A stretch of 64,000 nt of DNA from Candidatus Omnitrophota bacterium (GTDB lineage Bacteria; Omnitrophota; Gorgyraeia; 2-01-FULL-45-10). How positions within the stretch are numbered: the first letter of the stretch is position 1; the number at the start of each line of letters is the position of its first letter. Location: assembly GCA_041648975.1 (NCBI GenBank), contig JBAZNZ010000005.1, forward strand, positions 10,332 to 74,331, written 5' to 3'. Shown piece after piece: positions 48,481-57,686 of this stretch. The position numbers were made by a program, and so were the translations under genes. The notes under the pieces were generated by a model. The model was not told where the DNA came from. It worked only from the letters and a program-made list of their open reading frames with translations, and searched no databases.

Positions 48481-50139
48481 TTATTTCGGTTTTCTTGAAT
48501 AGTAGTAGGAATAGTAGCGGTAGTTCTCGCTATGGATAGAGATCTTATTGAGGACGATGCCGATGATCCTCGCCTTGGCGTCTTCGAGAAGTTTATGTAT
48601 TCGCGGTAGTATCTTCTTCGATGTCTTCCCGCTCTCCAGGACCATGATGATGCCGTCCGTTATGCCTGAAAGTATGACCGCATCGGTAAGTATCGCTATC
48701 GGCGGAGTGTCTATAAGCACATAATCAAACTTTTTCATGGCCTCGTCGCAAAAAGTCTTCATCTTGTGGCTCGCAAGAAGCTCGGACGGATTCGGAGGAT
48801 GGATGCCGCTCGGGACCAAGGCAATATTTTCAATGTCCGTCTTCTGCACCACTTCGCTAAATCCGGCCTGTCCCGACAGAAATGTGCTGAGGCCGGTCTC
48901 GTTCTCTTTCTTGAAAACCTCATGAAGCCTGGGATTGCGCATGTCGGCGTCTACGAGAAGGACCTTCTTCTGGTTCTGCGCTATGGCTATGCCGAGGTTA
49001 CAGAGCGTCATAGTCTTCCCTTCCTGCGGGCCCGGGCTCGTTATAACTATAGTCCTCAAAGGGTTCTCTTCGGTCGAAGAGAACGCTATGCTCGTCCTGA
49101 TAGACCTGTATGTCTCCGCTACGGGGTCTTTAGGCTGGGCATGGACAAATATATCTTTTTCAAGCTCGCCCATCTTCCCGCCCTGGTTGACCTTTGGAAC
49201 GCTCCCCAGAAAAGGCCATTTAACAGTCTTGTCGATCTCGTGCGGCTCTTTTACCGTATCGTCCATGTATTCGAAGAAGAAGGCCAAAAAAACGCCTCCA
49301 AAAAGCCCTACCACTATGGACAGCAGGATATTAAATAACTTTTTTGGCCGCAGGGGGACAGGAGGCGTTACGGCAGGCGCGAGAACGCTGACGTTGTTCG
49401 CTTTCAAGCCTTCCAGGGCGTGCTTAAAATTATCCAGAAGCTTCTCTTCCTCGCTGTAATCATGCCTGAAAGACATCGACTTTTCTTTCTCAATGTTGTC
49501 GATGACCTCATCTATCTCTTTCTTCAGCCGGATCATTTCGGGATGCTTTTCTTTATATACTTTATTATATTCCGACAGCTTCGCGTCAAGCTTCAGGTAT
49601 TCGTTCTTAAGAAGGTTCAGGAGCTCCGTTTTTGAGATGTAGTAGAGATTCCTTTTTACATATATCTCGGCTATCCTGTTGGCTATCTTAGCGGCAAGTA
49701 CAGGGTCTTTATTTTCGACATAAAGGTCAAGAAGCCTGGTATCGCGCACCGGCTGCACGCTGATCGTCTTCATGAATTTTTTCAACGGCTCCTTGACGTT
49801 CGCGTAATCTTTCGTATTCGCAAGGCCGAACTCATCGAAAACCTTCTGCATTATCGGCGTCGACGTTATTATTCCCATCTGGCTCTGGTAATATTCCTTG
49901 TACGAATAATAATTCTGAGATTGTATCTCGACTACACCGGTGGCTGTAAGCACGTTCGGGTTCTCCAAGTCTACCATCAAAGCCGCTTTTGCCCGGTAGA
50001 CCGGCTTCATCATGAAAGAGCCTATCGTAACGACCAACACCGTCGTGATGAAGAAGAGCGCGACCGTGGCCATCCTCCGCCGCAGGATATTGATATAGTC
50101 CCTCAGGTTCGACTCATTCTGTATGTGAGTGAGATCCAT
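48481..50139 (-). CDS. polysaccharide co-polymerase / tyrosine autokinase (Wzc-like BY-kinase)
   Basis: Wzz-like periplasmic domain between two TM helices, P-loop ATPase (SPGPQEGKTMT) and a C-terminal Tyr cluster (YRYYSYYYS). Confidence 0.85.
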   Translation of the reverse strand: MDLTHIQNESNLRDYINILRRRMATVALFFITTVLVVTIGSFMMKPVYRAKAALMVDLENPNVLTATGVVEIQSQNYYSYKEYYQSQMGIITSTPIMQKVFDEFGLANTKDYANVKEPLKKFMKTISVQPVRDTRLLDLYVENKDPVLAAKIANRIAEIYVKRNLYYISKTELLNLLKNEYLKLDAKLSEYNKVYKEKHPEMIRLKKEIDEVIDNIEKEKSMSFRHDYSEEEKLLDNFKHALEGLKANNVSVLAPAVTPPVPLRPKKLFNILLSIVVGLFGGVFLAFFFEYMDDTVKEPHEIDKTVKWPFLGSVPKVNQGGKMGELEKDIFVHAQPKDPVAETYRSIRTSIAFSSTEENPLRTIVITSPGPQEGKTMTLCNLGIAIAQNQKKVLLVDADMRNPRLHEVFKKENETGLSTFLSGQAGFSEVVQKTDIENIALVPSGIHPPNPSELLASHKMKTFCDEAMKKFDYVLIDTPPIAILTDAVILSGITDGIIMVLESGKTSKKILPRIHKLLEDAKARIIGIVLNKISIHSENYRYYSYYYSRKPK

Positions 50140-50155
50140 CTAAACGCTCTCCGTA

Positions 50156-50737
50156 TTAAAAGAAGCTCTCGGGGACAAAGACCACATCGTCAGGCTGCAC
50201 TACTACGTCTTTTTCCTTCTCCCCTCTTTCCGTTATATCCTTCACCTTTACTATCAGCGTCTTCCTCTTCCCATCCTCTATGCGCATGACCCTGGTCCTG
50301 TTCACATCCGCGTCTTTGGTGAAGCCTTCAGCCATGGCCACCGCCTCAAGGACCGTCATATCCCTCTCATCCGGCATATCGAACTTGCCCGGCTTATTGA
50401 CCTCTCCCATTACGGAGACCTGCCTGGGATGATACTCATCGATGAATACCAGCACCTCGGCCTTTACCAGGTAATCTTTTTCAAGCAGCTCCTTTATCTT
50501 CTCCTCAAGGTCCTGGACGGTCAAACCCCTGGCCATGACCTGGCCTATCAAAGGAAATGATATATAGCCGTCTGCGGCTATTCTAGTCTTGGTCGTCAGG
50601 TCGGGCTGGCCGTGGACGGTTATTTGAAGGATGTCGGTGGGTTGTAATTTATATTTACCCTGGGCGGCGGAATCTGCGGCAAATACAGGCACAACGAAAA
50701 CGGCCGCCAGGAGTAGGATTGTGATAAAAATCTTCAT
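50156..50737 (-). CDS. polysaccharide export protein (Wza/GumB-like, Poly_export plus SLBB)
   Basis: Signal peptide plus Poly_export motif region; 193 aa. Confidence 0.8.
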   Translation of the reverse strand: MKIFITILLLAAVFVVPVFAADSAAQGKYKLQPTDILQITVHGQPDLTTKTRIAADGYISFPLIGQVMARGLTVQDLEEKIKELLEKDYLVKAEVLVFIDEYHPRQVSVMGEVNKPGKFDMPDERDMTVLEAVAMAEGFTKDADVNRTRVMRIEDGKRKTLIVKVKDITERGEKEKDVVVQPDDVVFVPESFF

Positions 50738-50741
50738 TTTG

Positions 50742-52004
50742 TTAAAATCCTACGGTTCCGCTGAATGTGACCTTGTTGTCTGTATAATTGAAAGTGGAGA
50801 ACCTTGAATAACGCCTGGTATAGTCGTACTTCACTTCGGCCGAGAGCCATTTCTGGACATCGTACCTGAGCGAACATCCGGTGGCAAAGAAATTATCGTA
50901 TCTTTTTGCCGTAACGCCGCCTTCGGTAGTTTCGGACGGGTAGAGATTGAGCTGATACGCGCCGAACGGGCTTATGGAAACTTTTTTATTGAATTTATGG
51001 ACATACCGCAGGTCCACAATCGTCCCGTGGTAAGAATTGTTATTGGAATAGTCCGACTCGAAGACGCTCGAATCTATGCCGAAACTCCATATGTCGTCTT
51101 TAGTCTGATGGAAATCCACGCCGCCGCTCGCGGTGAAACCAAAGAAAGGCTTATCATTAAAGATATCCGATTTATCGAAATGCTGGTACTTGCATCCGCC
51201 TTTTATATCCGCGACTATCTTGTTTGTAGGCTTGCCCCTGATGCCCAAAAGCGCGTTCACAAAATACGCGTCCGGAGGGATCGAGCTGTTCATGTAGTGT
51301 ATAAAGCCAAGATCGCCTTCCACAAACAACACCGTCTTGGGCATTATCCGGTAGCTTACCGCGGCGTCTACGATGTTGGTCATCCTCACCTTATCGCCAT
51401 ACGTGACGGACTGGTAGACGAGGTCGTCCTGCTGGCTGTAGCTGTTAAAGATATTGGTGTAGCCGACGTCGAAACCGAGCTTGTTGAACTGCGCCCCCAG
51501 ATCTGTCCTGAATGTGTTCTCCTGTCTTCCTATACGCCTCGAGTTTTCATCCGCGGCCCTGTCCGTGTAATCCCTATAGACATCCTTCACCCGTATCTTG
51601 TAATCGGTAAAATTTATCTCGCCGAGGCCCCTGACAAGATGGTCGACGTGGTTTTCATTGTTATACCTGCCGTACATAAAAATACTGGGAAAATAATCGG
51701 CGCTGAAGTTGTGGTCCCCTACCGGCAGCTCGACCCCCATCGAAGGCGTCAGGATAGTTATGGCGTCAAATTTTTCCTTCCCCTTGGTTAAATATATATT
51801 CGTATCGAGCTCTTCACTGGCTTTGAAAGCGCCGTGGACTATTAAGTTGCCGACCTTTACCCCTTCCCTGTCTGGGAGATCGATATTTTTAAGTTTCACA
51901 TCCTGCAACACTTGCGCCGAGGCCATGCCGCATACATTGAGTGCTAATGCAAAAGATATGGCTAAGATCAATATAGACTTTCCGATATTATATCGCTTTT
52001 TCAT
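50742..52004 (-). CDS. predicted outer-membrane beta-barrel protein
   Basis: Signal peptide, alternating amphipathic strands, C-terminal aromatic residue (…TVGF). Preceded by a consensus sigma70 promoter and GGGAGG RBS. Confidence 0.5.
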   Translation of the reverse strand: MKKRYNIGKSILILAISFALALNVCGMASAQVLQDVKLKNIDLPDREGVKVGNLIVHGAFKASEELDTNIYLTKGKEKFDAITILTPSMGVELPVGDHNFSADYFPSIFMYGRYNNENHVDHLVRGLGEINFTDYKIRVKDVYRDYTDRAADENSRRIGRQENTFRTDLGAQFNKLGFDVGYTNIFNSYSQQDDLVYQSVTYGDKVRMTNIVDAAVSYRIMPKTVLFVEGDLGFIHYMNSSIPPDAYFVNALLGIRGKPTNKIVADIKGGCKYQHFDKSDIFNDKPFFGFTASGGVDFHQTKDDIWSFGIDSSVFESDYSNNNSYHGTIVDLRYVHKFNKKVSISPFGAYQLNLYPSETTEGGVTAKRYDNFFATGCSLRYDVQKWLSAEVKYDYTRRYSRFSTFNYTDNKVTFSGTVGF

Positions 52005-52055
52005 TATTCCTCCCGATGTAAACAGAGACTTACCTTAAACAATATGTAAAAGGAA

Positions 52056-52083
52056 TTATAACATTTACCATATATAAGTCAAT
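52056..52083 (-). promoter_or_regulatory. consensus sigma70 promoter for the OMP-wza-wzc operon
   Basis: Minus strand TTGACT-N16-TATAAT. Confidence 0.7.
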
Positions 52084-52100
52084 ATAATAATAAGAAAATG

Positions 52101-52126
52101 GGAGGTCATTAAATAATGACCTCCCA
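52101..52126 (-). terminator. rho-independent terminator after the FecR-domain gene
   Basis: GGGAGGTCATT-aaat-AATGACCTCCC; on the minus strand it is followed by ATTTTCTTATTATTAT. Confidence 0.7.
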
Positions 52127-52157
52127 AATATGCTCCAAACCTGTTTTTAGCGCCTCA

Positions 52158-52862
52158 TTACGTCTGGCTGGCCGCGCTATCGTTTATAGCATCCGGCGGA
52201 GCTATATCTACCGTCCCCGGTGCATTTTCATCTCCAGGAGTATATGGTTCCGCAACCAGGGGTATCTCTAGAAAACCCGACATGTCAGGCGGCGTTCCGA
52301 ACGGGGTAAAACCGTTCCCGCCTATGCCCATAGGCATCCCCATCCCAAGCTCAAAATTTTCATTATTAAGCAGATTTGTCAGTTGCAGGATGCTATCAGG
52401 CGAAAAAACCGACGTTGAGGCGCCGTTAAAACCCATATAGACGATCGAACCGTGCGCTCCGCAAATAGCGTTCGGCGTTTTTACAAGAAATTCCGACGGG
52501 CCATCAGCTTTATTCACGATCATTTTCAGCTCGCCAAGGCTCAATTTTACTCCGACTTTCCTAGAAAGCTCCTCATATATGATGGTCTCTACAAGAATCT
52601 CCGTACCGGGCTTCAAGGATATGCTGCTCTTATCGGGAAATTCCAGGAAGACCTTGCCGTCTTCAAGCGTCTTTATTGAATCGTTAGCCTTAAGGGCCTG
52701 GCCCGCTTTTGCATCTGCCCATTCAGTATCAAGTCCGGTTTTAACAAGGACCTGCCCCTCGATAGCCGCTACCGTTAATGCCATTTCCTGTGCAACCGCC
52801 CCTGTGGTAAATACCGCTAAAAACACCGCCAGGACAAATACACCCGTCTTGAATATCTTCAT
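52158..52862 (-). CDS. secreted FecR-domain protein
   Basis: FecR-like pattern (AKAGQALKANDSIKTLEDGKVFLEFPDKSSISLKPGTEI) after a signal peptide; followed by a terminator hairpin. Confidence 0.55.
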   Translation of the reverse strand: MKIFKTGVFVLAVFLAVFTTGAVAQEMALTVAAIEGQVLVKTGLDTEWADAKAGQALKANDSIKTLEDGKVFLEFPDKSSISLKPGTEILVETIIYEELSRKVGVKLSLGELKMIVNKADGPSEFLVKTPNAICGAHGSIVYMGFNGASTSVFSPDSILQLTNLLNNENFELGMGMPMGIGGNGFTPFGTPPDMSGFLEIPLVAEPYTPGDENAPGTVDIAPPDAINDSAASQT

Positions 52863-52909
52863 CTGTTATCCTCCATAGTCGGTTTGGGTGGAACTTAGTT
52901 TGTACTTAA

Positions 52910-52937
52910 AGTATAGCACAATTAATTTATTATTCAA
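52910..52937 (-). promoter_or_regulatory. sigma70-like promoter upstream of the FecR-domain gene
   Basis: Minus strand TTGAAT-N16-TGCTATACT (extended -10). Confidence 0.5.
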
Positions 52938-52993
52938 TATTTTTTAACTAACTTTTTTGTATTTAACAATATCGTGATCCAGACTTTCCGAAT

Positions 52994-53650
52994 CTAATCC
53001 TCATCGAGGTGCATATCGACATAAGACGCCATCAACTCTCCCACATTAGCCGGAGGTATAGTCGAAAAATAATGGTCTACTATCGCGTGACCCATCTCAT
53101 GGGCTAATACCGAATCCGATATGTCGCTGGCGCAAGTATAGATAGTCTTGTGTCGATGTATATAAAAGGACTTGTAATTTTCCCTCTTCTTAAAGATCTC
53201 ATAGTACTCGTCGTTCAACTCGCGTCGGTTCTTATATATCCTGACCTTTAGGCGCAACTTCGACGGCCACATATTGAGGATCTCTTTAGCACGAAAAAAT
53301 ATGGCGTCCAGCCTGCGGGCGATCCTGCCTTTTACGTCGGACGGCCTTTCGCCGGCAGTCAAATTATTGATATAAAATTCTCTCTCGTTTATACTATTTT
53401 CAATGTCGTCGAGATCGATAGCATCGTCGTATTCTATGGTGAAAGACTTGCTCTCTATCGTACCCCATCCGCCCGGTTTTGAGGCGCTATCGCTTCTGCC
53501 GGCGGATGAGGTCGTCAAGACGGCGTGACTTGGGGCGTTTTCCGCATGCACTCCTAAGAGAGGCGAATACCATAAGAACGGATTTGCGATGACGAACGCC
53601 ATTACCAAGGGCAACGTCATATCTTTGGATCTCGGCAAATGATTAGACAT
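52994..53650 (-). CDS. hypothetical secreted protein with an HExxH zinc-binding motif (putative metallopeptidase-like)
   Basis: HEMGH near the C-terminus; N-terminal hydrophobic segment. Confidence 0.4.
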   Translation of the reverse strand: MSNHLPRSKDMTLPLVMAFVIANPFLWYSPLLGVHAENAPSHAVLTTSSAGRSDSASKPGGWGTIESKSFTIEYDDAIDLDDIENSINEREFYINNLTAGERPSDVKGRIARRLDAIFFRAKEILNMWPSKLRLKVRIYKNRRELNDEYYEIFKKRENYKSFYIHRHKTIYTCASDISDSVLAHEMGHAIVDHYFSTIPPANVGELMASYVDMHLDED

Positions 53651-54218
53651 TGAATTTTGCGATCTCTTTCTTCATTTCTTCAAGCTTTGATCTCAGGCCT
53701 TCAGGGGCTTCTTTACAACAGGAATTTATCTCCGATTCAAGCTCTATCGAAACCTTCCTGATCCTGACTATGCGATCCCTCAGATTCGCGCTCATCCTTT
53801 CGAGCGAGGACGCAAGGGCCTTTATCTCGTCGCCCTTACGAAGATTGAACCTGATATTAAGATTGCCCGCGGTTATCTCATCGATGTCTTTCTCCAACCT
53901 GTATAAAGGGCCGGCTATCTTATGAGAAGTAAGCAAGGTCACCGCGATGGTCGCAAGCCCTATCAGCACTATGACCACCGCGCTGGACAAAAATACCGCC
54001 GGCAACAGATAATCGGCGGTACTTTTTATGGTAAGGCGCGAATTTATGAATGTCGTGGTCACCGTCGCCCTGGACATCGAGTAGATTATATACCCGGATA
54101 TCGCCGCCCCCAGCGCTACCAAAGAGCAGAACTTGATTATAAAATTCGTCTGGAACTTCTTGTCTATATAATAGTTCCTTCTTCTATTCGCGAATTTATT
54201 GTCCATCGCCGCCCCCAA
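53643..54218 (-). CDS. membrane HAMP-domain protein with no output domain
   Basis: Two TM helices followed by a HAMP linker (KIAGPLYRLEKDIDEITAGNLNIRF) and a short coiled coil. Confidence 0.6.
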   Translation of the reverse strand: MGAAMDNKFANRRRNYYIDKKFQTNFIIKFCSLVALGAAISGYIIYSMSRATVTTTFINSRLTIKSTADYLLPAVFLSSAVVIVLIGLATIAVTLLTSHKIAGPLYRLEKDIDEITAGNLNIRFNLRKGDEIKALASSLERMSANLRDRIVRIRKVSIELESEINSCCKEAPEGLRSKLEEMKKEIAKFNV

Positions 54219-54813
54219 TCTGCCTCAACCTTATATCGCTGAGCACCTTTTTATCTATCCTGACCGCTGTCTTCTTGCGCAGGTCAGCGATCCATTTCTC
54301 AAAGGCCTCCCGCTCCCTTCTCCTGACGATATTTTTTCTTATCCTCGGGGCCATATCTTCAAAGGAGCCGGCCTTCGACCCTTCACTGGCCAGCATCCGC
54401 TCATATTCTTCCTTCATATCCTGCTCTCTCACTATTATATCGGAAGAGAATTCCCGCGACTTCTTCTTTATGAGCAGCTTTAGCAGGGCCTGCTCCCAGT
54501 ACCTCTCTATCTCCTTCATAAAGGCCTTGTCCTTATCGAAATCCTGGGCCTGCGCTTCCATCAAAAGTATCTTCTTCACTATCATCTCGTCAAGGATCTC
54601 CTCCCTGGCCTTAGCCGGGTCGTCGGACAAATACTTGTTCTCCGCAATGAGATCCGCTTCATTCTTAAAATCTTCCACCGTCATCTCGTAATTGCCTATT
54701 CTCGCGACTATCACCTTTTCGTCGGGCCCTGTCCTCTTTTCACCGCATCCCGCGACGATAAGAAATAACGACAGGACCAATGCCGGTAACGCGACATTAC
54801 GCTTTTTTATCAT
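54196..54813 (-). CDS. SurA N-terminal-domain-like lipoprotein
   Basis: Lipobox LIVAGC; helical chaperone-like domain. Confidence 0.45.
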   Translation of the reverse strand: MIKKRNVALPALVLSLFLIVAGCGEKRTGPDEKVIVARIGNYEMTVEDFKNEADLIAENKYLSDDPAKAREEILDEMIVKKILLMEAQAQDFDKDKAFMKEIERYWEQALLKLLIKKKSREFSSDIIVREQDMKEEYERMLASEGSKAGSFEDMAPRIRKNIVRRREREAFEKWIADLRKKTAVRIDKKVLSDIRLRQIGGGDGQ

Positions 54814-54837
54814 GGTAATCTCCCATTGTAATACGGA

Positions 54838-56292
54838 TCAGGACGCGCCTATGCCGAAGAGCACGACCGGTACCGTCTTAAATAATATTTTGAAGTCAAG
54901 TCCCAGCGACCAATTGTCGATATACTGCAGGTCGAGCCTCATCCATTCCTCAAAACCTATCTTATTCCTTCCGCTTATCTGCCAGATGCATGTTATGCCG
55001 GGCCTCATCGACAGGCGCCTGCGCTGCCACGGCTCATATTGCGACACCTCTTTAGGGATCGGCGGACGGGGCCCGACGAGGCTCATCTCGCCTACGAAGA
55101 CGTTGAAGAGTTGAGGAAGCTCATCTATGCTGAATTTCCTTAGGAGCTTACCGAGCGCCGTGACGCGCGGATCGTTCTTCATCTTGAAGACCGGCCCCTT
55201 CATCTCGTTCTTCTCCACCAGTTCCGAGAGCCGCTCGTGCGCGCCCTTCTGCATCGACCGGAACTTGTAAAGTATAAAACGCCTTCCGTTCAAACCGACT
55301 CTCTTCTGTAAATAAAACACCGGCCCGGGAGACGTCAATTTTATCAATAACGCCGTTATTACCAGGATCGGGCTAAGCGCTATAATGCCCAAACCCGACA
55401 CGATGATATCAATGGCCCTCTTGATAAATAACTCCCATTCCTGCGCTATCGTGGTCTCAAAAGATATCAAGGGAACGCCGTCCAGCTCGGTCTGGCGCGC
55501 CTTGGCTATCTTCAGGTCAAACAGGTCTATGGCGATCGTCGTCTTGACGCCTTGAGTCTCGCAAACATACAGCGAATTCTCTATAGCGGTAAGCTTGGAT
55601 CTCGGGATCACAAATACAACCTCGTCTATAGTGCGGCCGCTAAGTATCTTTGGTATATCGTCGAGCATACCTATTACCTTGCTGCCGTCCACTGCCTTGC
55701 CCATGTGGGACTCTTCATATTCGATGACGCCTACTATCTTAAAGCCCCACTCCGGGTGATTATTGATCTTGCCCATGAATTGCAGGGCGCGTTTTCCGGT
55801 CCCGACGATAAGAAGCCTCCTGAAATTATAACCCTGTTTTCTCACATAGCGCATTATCGAAAAGATCGCCACCTTCTCGGCGATCACGGCCATCGAGCTT
55901 AATGCCAGAAATATGGCAAAGAAGCCGCGGCTTACGAACCTCAATTTAAGCAAGAAGGCCGCCGCGCCGAATATTATAGCGGTAAGAAAGACGGATTTAA
56001 GTATGATGAATAGGACTTCAGTAAGCTTCTTGGTGCGCAGGCTCTTATACATTCCGTTCGCGTAAAGCGAAAAGCTCCATATCGGAATCACGAAAAAAAG
56101 GACTATCAGATAATCGCTTATGGATAGGTCGCTTGCGTCGGCAAATACCCTGACGAAAGGTATCAAATCGAATTTATACAAGACGTGGAAATACTGGCGA
56201 AGGAAGAAAGAGATGAAAAATACGAACGCTACGATGAATATGTCAAATATTATCATCGCCCTTCGAATTACTTCCTCTTTCTCACGCAGCAT
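54838..56292 (-). CDS. undecaprenyl-phosphate hexose-1-phosphate transferase (WbaP/polyprenyl glycosylphosphotransferase)
   Basis: Five-TM N-domain plus a C-terminal bacterial sugar transferase domain (FYLQKRVGLNGRRFILYKFRSM). Confidence 0.9.
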   Translation of the reverse strand: MLREKEEVIRRAMIIFDIFIVAFVFFISFFLRQYFHVLYKFDLIPFVRVFADASDLSISDYLIVLFFVIPIWSFSLYANGMYKSLRTKKLTEVLFIILKSVFLTAIIFGAAAFLLKLRFVSRGFFAIFLALSSMAVIAEKVAIFSIMRYVRKQGYNFRRLLIVGTGKRALQFMGKINNHPEWGFKIVGVIEYEESHMGKAVDGSKVIGMLDDIPKILSGRTIDEVVFVIPRSKLTAIENSLYVCETQGVKTTIAIDLFDLKIAKARQTELDGVPLISFETTIAQEWELFIKRAIDIIVSGLGIIALSPILVITALLIKLTSPGPVFYLQKRVGLNGRRFILYKFRSMQKGAHERLSELVEKNEMKGPVFKMKNDPRVTALGKLLRKFSIDELPQLFNVFVGEMSLVGPRPPIPKEVSQYEPWQRRRLSMRPGITCIWQISGRNKIGFEEWMRLDLQYIDNWSLGLDFKILFKTVPVVLFGIGAS

Positions 56293-56323
56293 ATCTAATC
56301 TTCTCCCAATCAGTAACTATTCA

Positions 56324-56349
56324 GTAGGGGAGGTTTAAACCTCCCCTAC
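56324..56349 (+). repeat. REP-B singlet between the wbaP-like gene and the ligase-like gene
   Basis: GTAGGGGAGGTTTAAACCTCCCCTAC, directly abutting the ligase stop codon. Confidence 0.9.
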
Positions 56350-57612
56350 TTATTTCTTCATGATAATAGCCGCATACACGGTAAATAATAGCATATTTGC
56401 GGGTATGTGGAAATTAAAATCAATCAGGCCGTGAAGCGCCAGGCTCAATACGCCTGCGGCGCATCCGACGGAGCGAAGACTATTACGTGCTTCTTTAGTA
56501 AATCCCGTCTTTATGATCACGACAAAGATCCAGAGCATTAGAAAAGGCGCCAGCAGGCCCATCTCCGCGGCCATCTGCAGATAGTCGTTATGCGCGGCAT
56601 TTGCCAGGGCAACGAGGCCCTCGGGCCGGAAACGCGGGAATCCCCAGATGAACGTCCCTATTCCGGTACCTATCGCCGGATTATGAATTATCATGTCAAC
56701 GCTGCCTTTCCATATCTTTAGGCGCGTTCCGTCAAAGAGGTCGGCGCCGTAAGGCGCATAAGCAAGTTTTAGCCTGTCCGATATCGTCTCTCTGCCTAAA
56801 TATACGAATGAGAATATTATCATCAGGACGAGAATAAATATAAGTATGCTCTTAATATTTATTGTCCTTCTCTTCCTTATGACGAGCATCATGACGATCA
56901 ATGATACGCCCATACTAAGCCATGCGCCGCGCGATTGGGCCAATATAAAAGCGGAGGCCATAAATATCAATGCTGTCACCAGAAATACTCTATGGTCCTT
57001 CGCCACGCGGACATCCCCTTTCAACCGAGACATCTGGTTGAATAACTCGGCTATAGCGACCGGCATAGCGAGTTCCAGGTAGCCGGCAAAGTGGTTATGA
57101 TTTACATAAGTTGATGCGAGAAAATCCTGCGGAATCCACCATGAATGGGGCAGCGTTCCGAAATATTGAAAAAGTCCGTATAGCGAAAGACACCCGCCCA
57201 TGGATATGATGAGATATATCAGGCGTTTAACCATTTGTCCGTCAAATTCATTGATGATCACGTAATACACCCCTATGTATCCTAAAAGCCTCAAGAGGGC
57301 GTAAAAACTGTCATGTTTGTATATGGAGAAGACGAATGATATGGCGGCCAGGACCGTTAAGAGCAGGATGGGCAGATCGATGGAATTAGTTGTAAGTCGT
57401 AAGTTGTAAGTTGTAAGTTTGGGTTTTGCAGGGTTCGGGGAGACATTGACAACCTTAAAAAGCCACAGAAATATGATGATAAGCTCGACGAGCAGGATCG
57501 GCGTCATCGCCCATAGCCGGACAGATGCGCCTCTGGCTATCGGCGAAAATATGAGTATCGCCGCCAGCAGTATCCACAAAAGCTTTTTATACACCCTATA
57601 CTTTTTTACCAT
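56350..57612 (-). CDS. O-antigen ligase/polymerase family membrane protein (Wzy_C/WaaL-like)
   Basis: About 10-12 TM helices with a large periplasmic loop carrying the Wzy_C-like region; an in-frame heptamer-repeat insertion sits in the N-terminal loop. Confidence 0.7.
   Translation of the reverse strand: MVKKYRVYKKLLWILLAAILIFSPIARGASVRLWAMTPILLVELIIIFLWLFKVVNVSPNPAKPKLTTYNLRLTTNSIDLPILLLTVLAAISFVFSIYKHDSFYALLRLLGYIGVYYVIINEFDGQMVKRLIYLIISMGGCLSLYGLFQYFGTLPHSWWIPQDFLASTYVNHNHFAGYLELAMPVAIAELFNQMSRLKGDVRVAKDHRVFLVTALIFMASAFILAQSRGAWLSMGVSLIVMMLVIRKRRTINIKSILIFILVLMIIFSFVYLGRETISDRLKLAYAPYGADLFDGTRLKIWKGSVDMIIHNPAIGTGIGTFIWGFPRFRPEGLVALANAAHNDYLQMAAEMGLLAPFLMLWIFVVIIKTGFTKEARNSLRSVGCAAGVLSLALHGLIDFNFHIPANMLLFTVYAAIIMKK
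57388..57419 (-). repeat. half heptamer-repeat element inserted in-frame in the O-antigen-ligase-like CDS
   Basis: On the minus strand AACTTACAACTTACAACTTACGACTTACAACT encodes ...[13 protein letters not shown]... within a loop region. Confidence 0.8.
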
Positions 57613-57686
57613 TGTTATAATCTACATGCTCTTAAAAATTATTATGTTAAGAAATAAAATCTATTGCCTAATATCTTTCCTGTGTT

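Noticed and set aside
48225-48539. 104-aa plus-strand ORF
   Set aside because: Overlaps tRNA-Ala on the opposite strand and the intergenic hairpins; no protein features.
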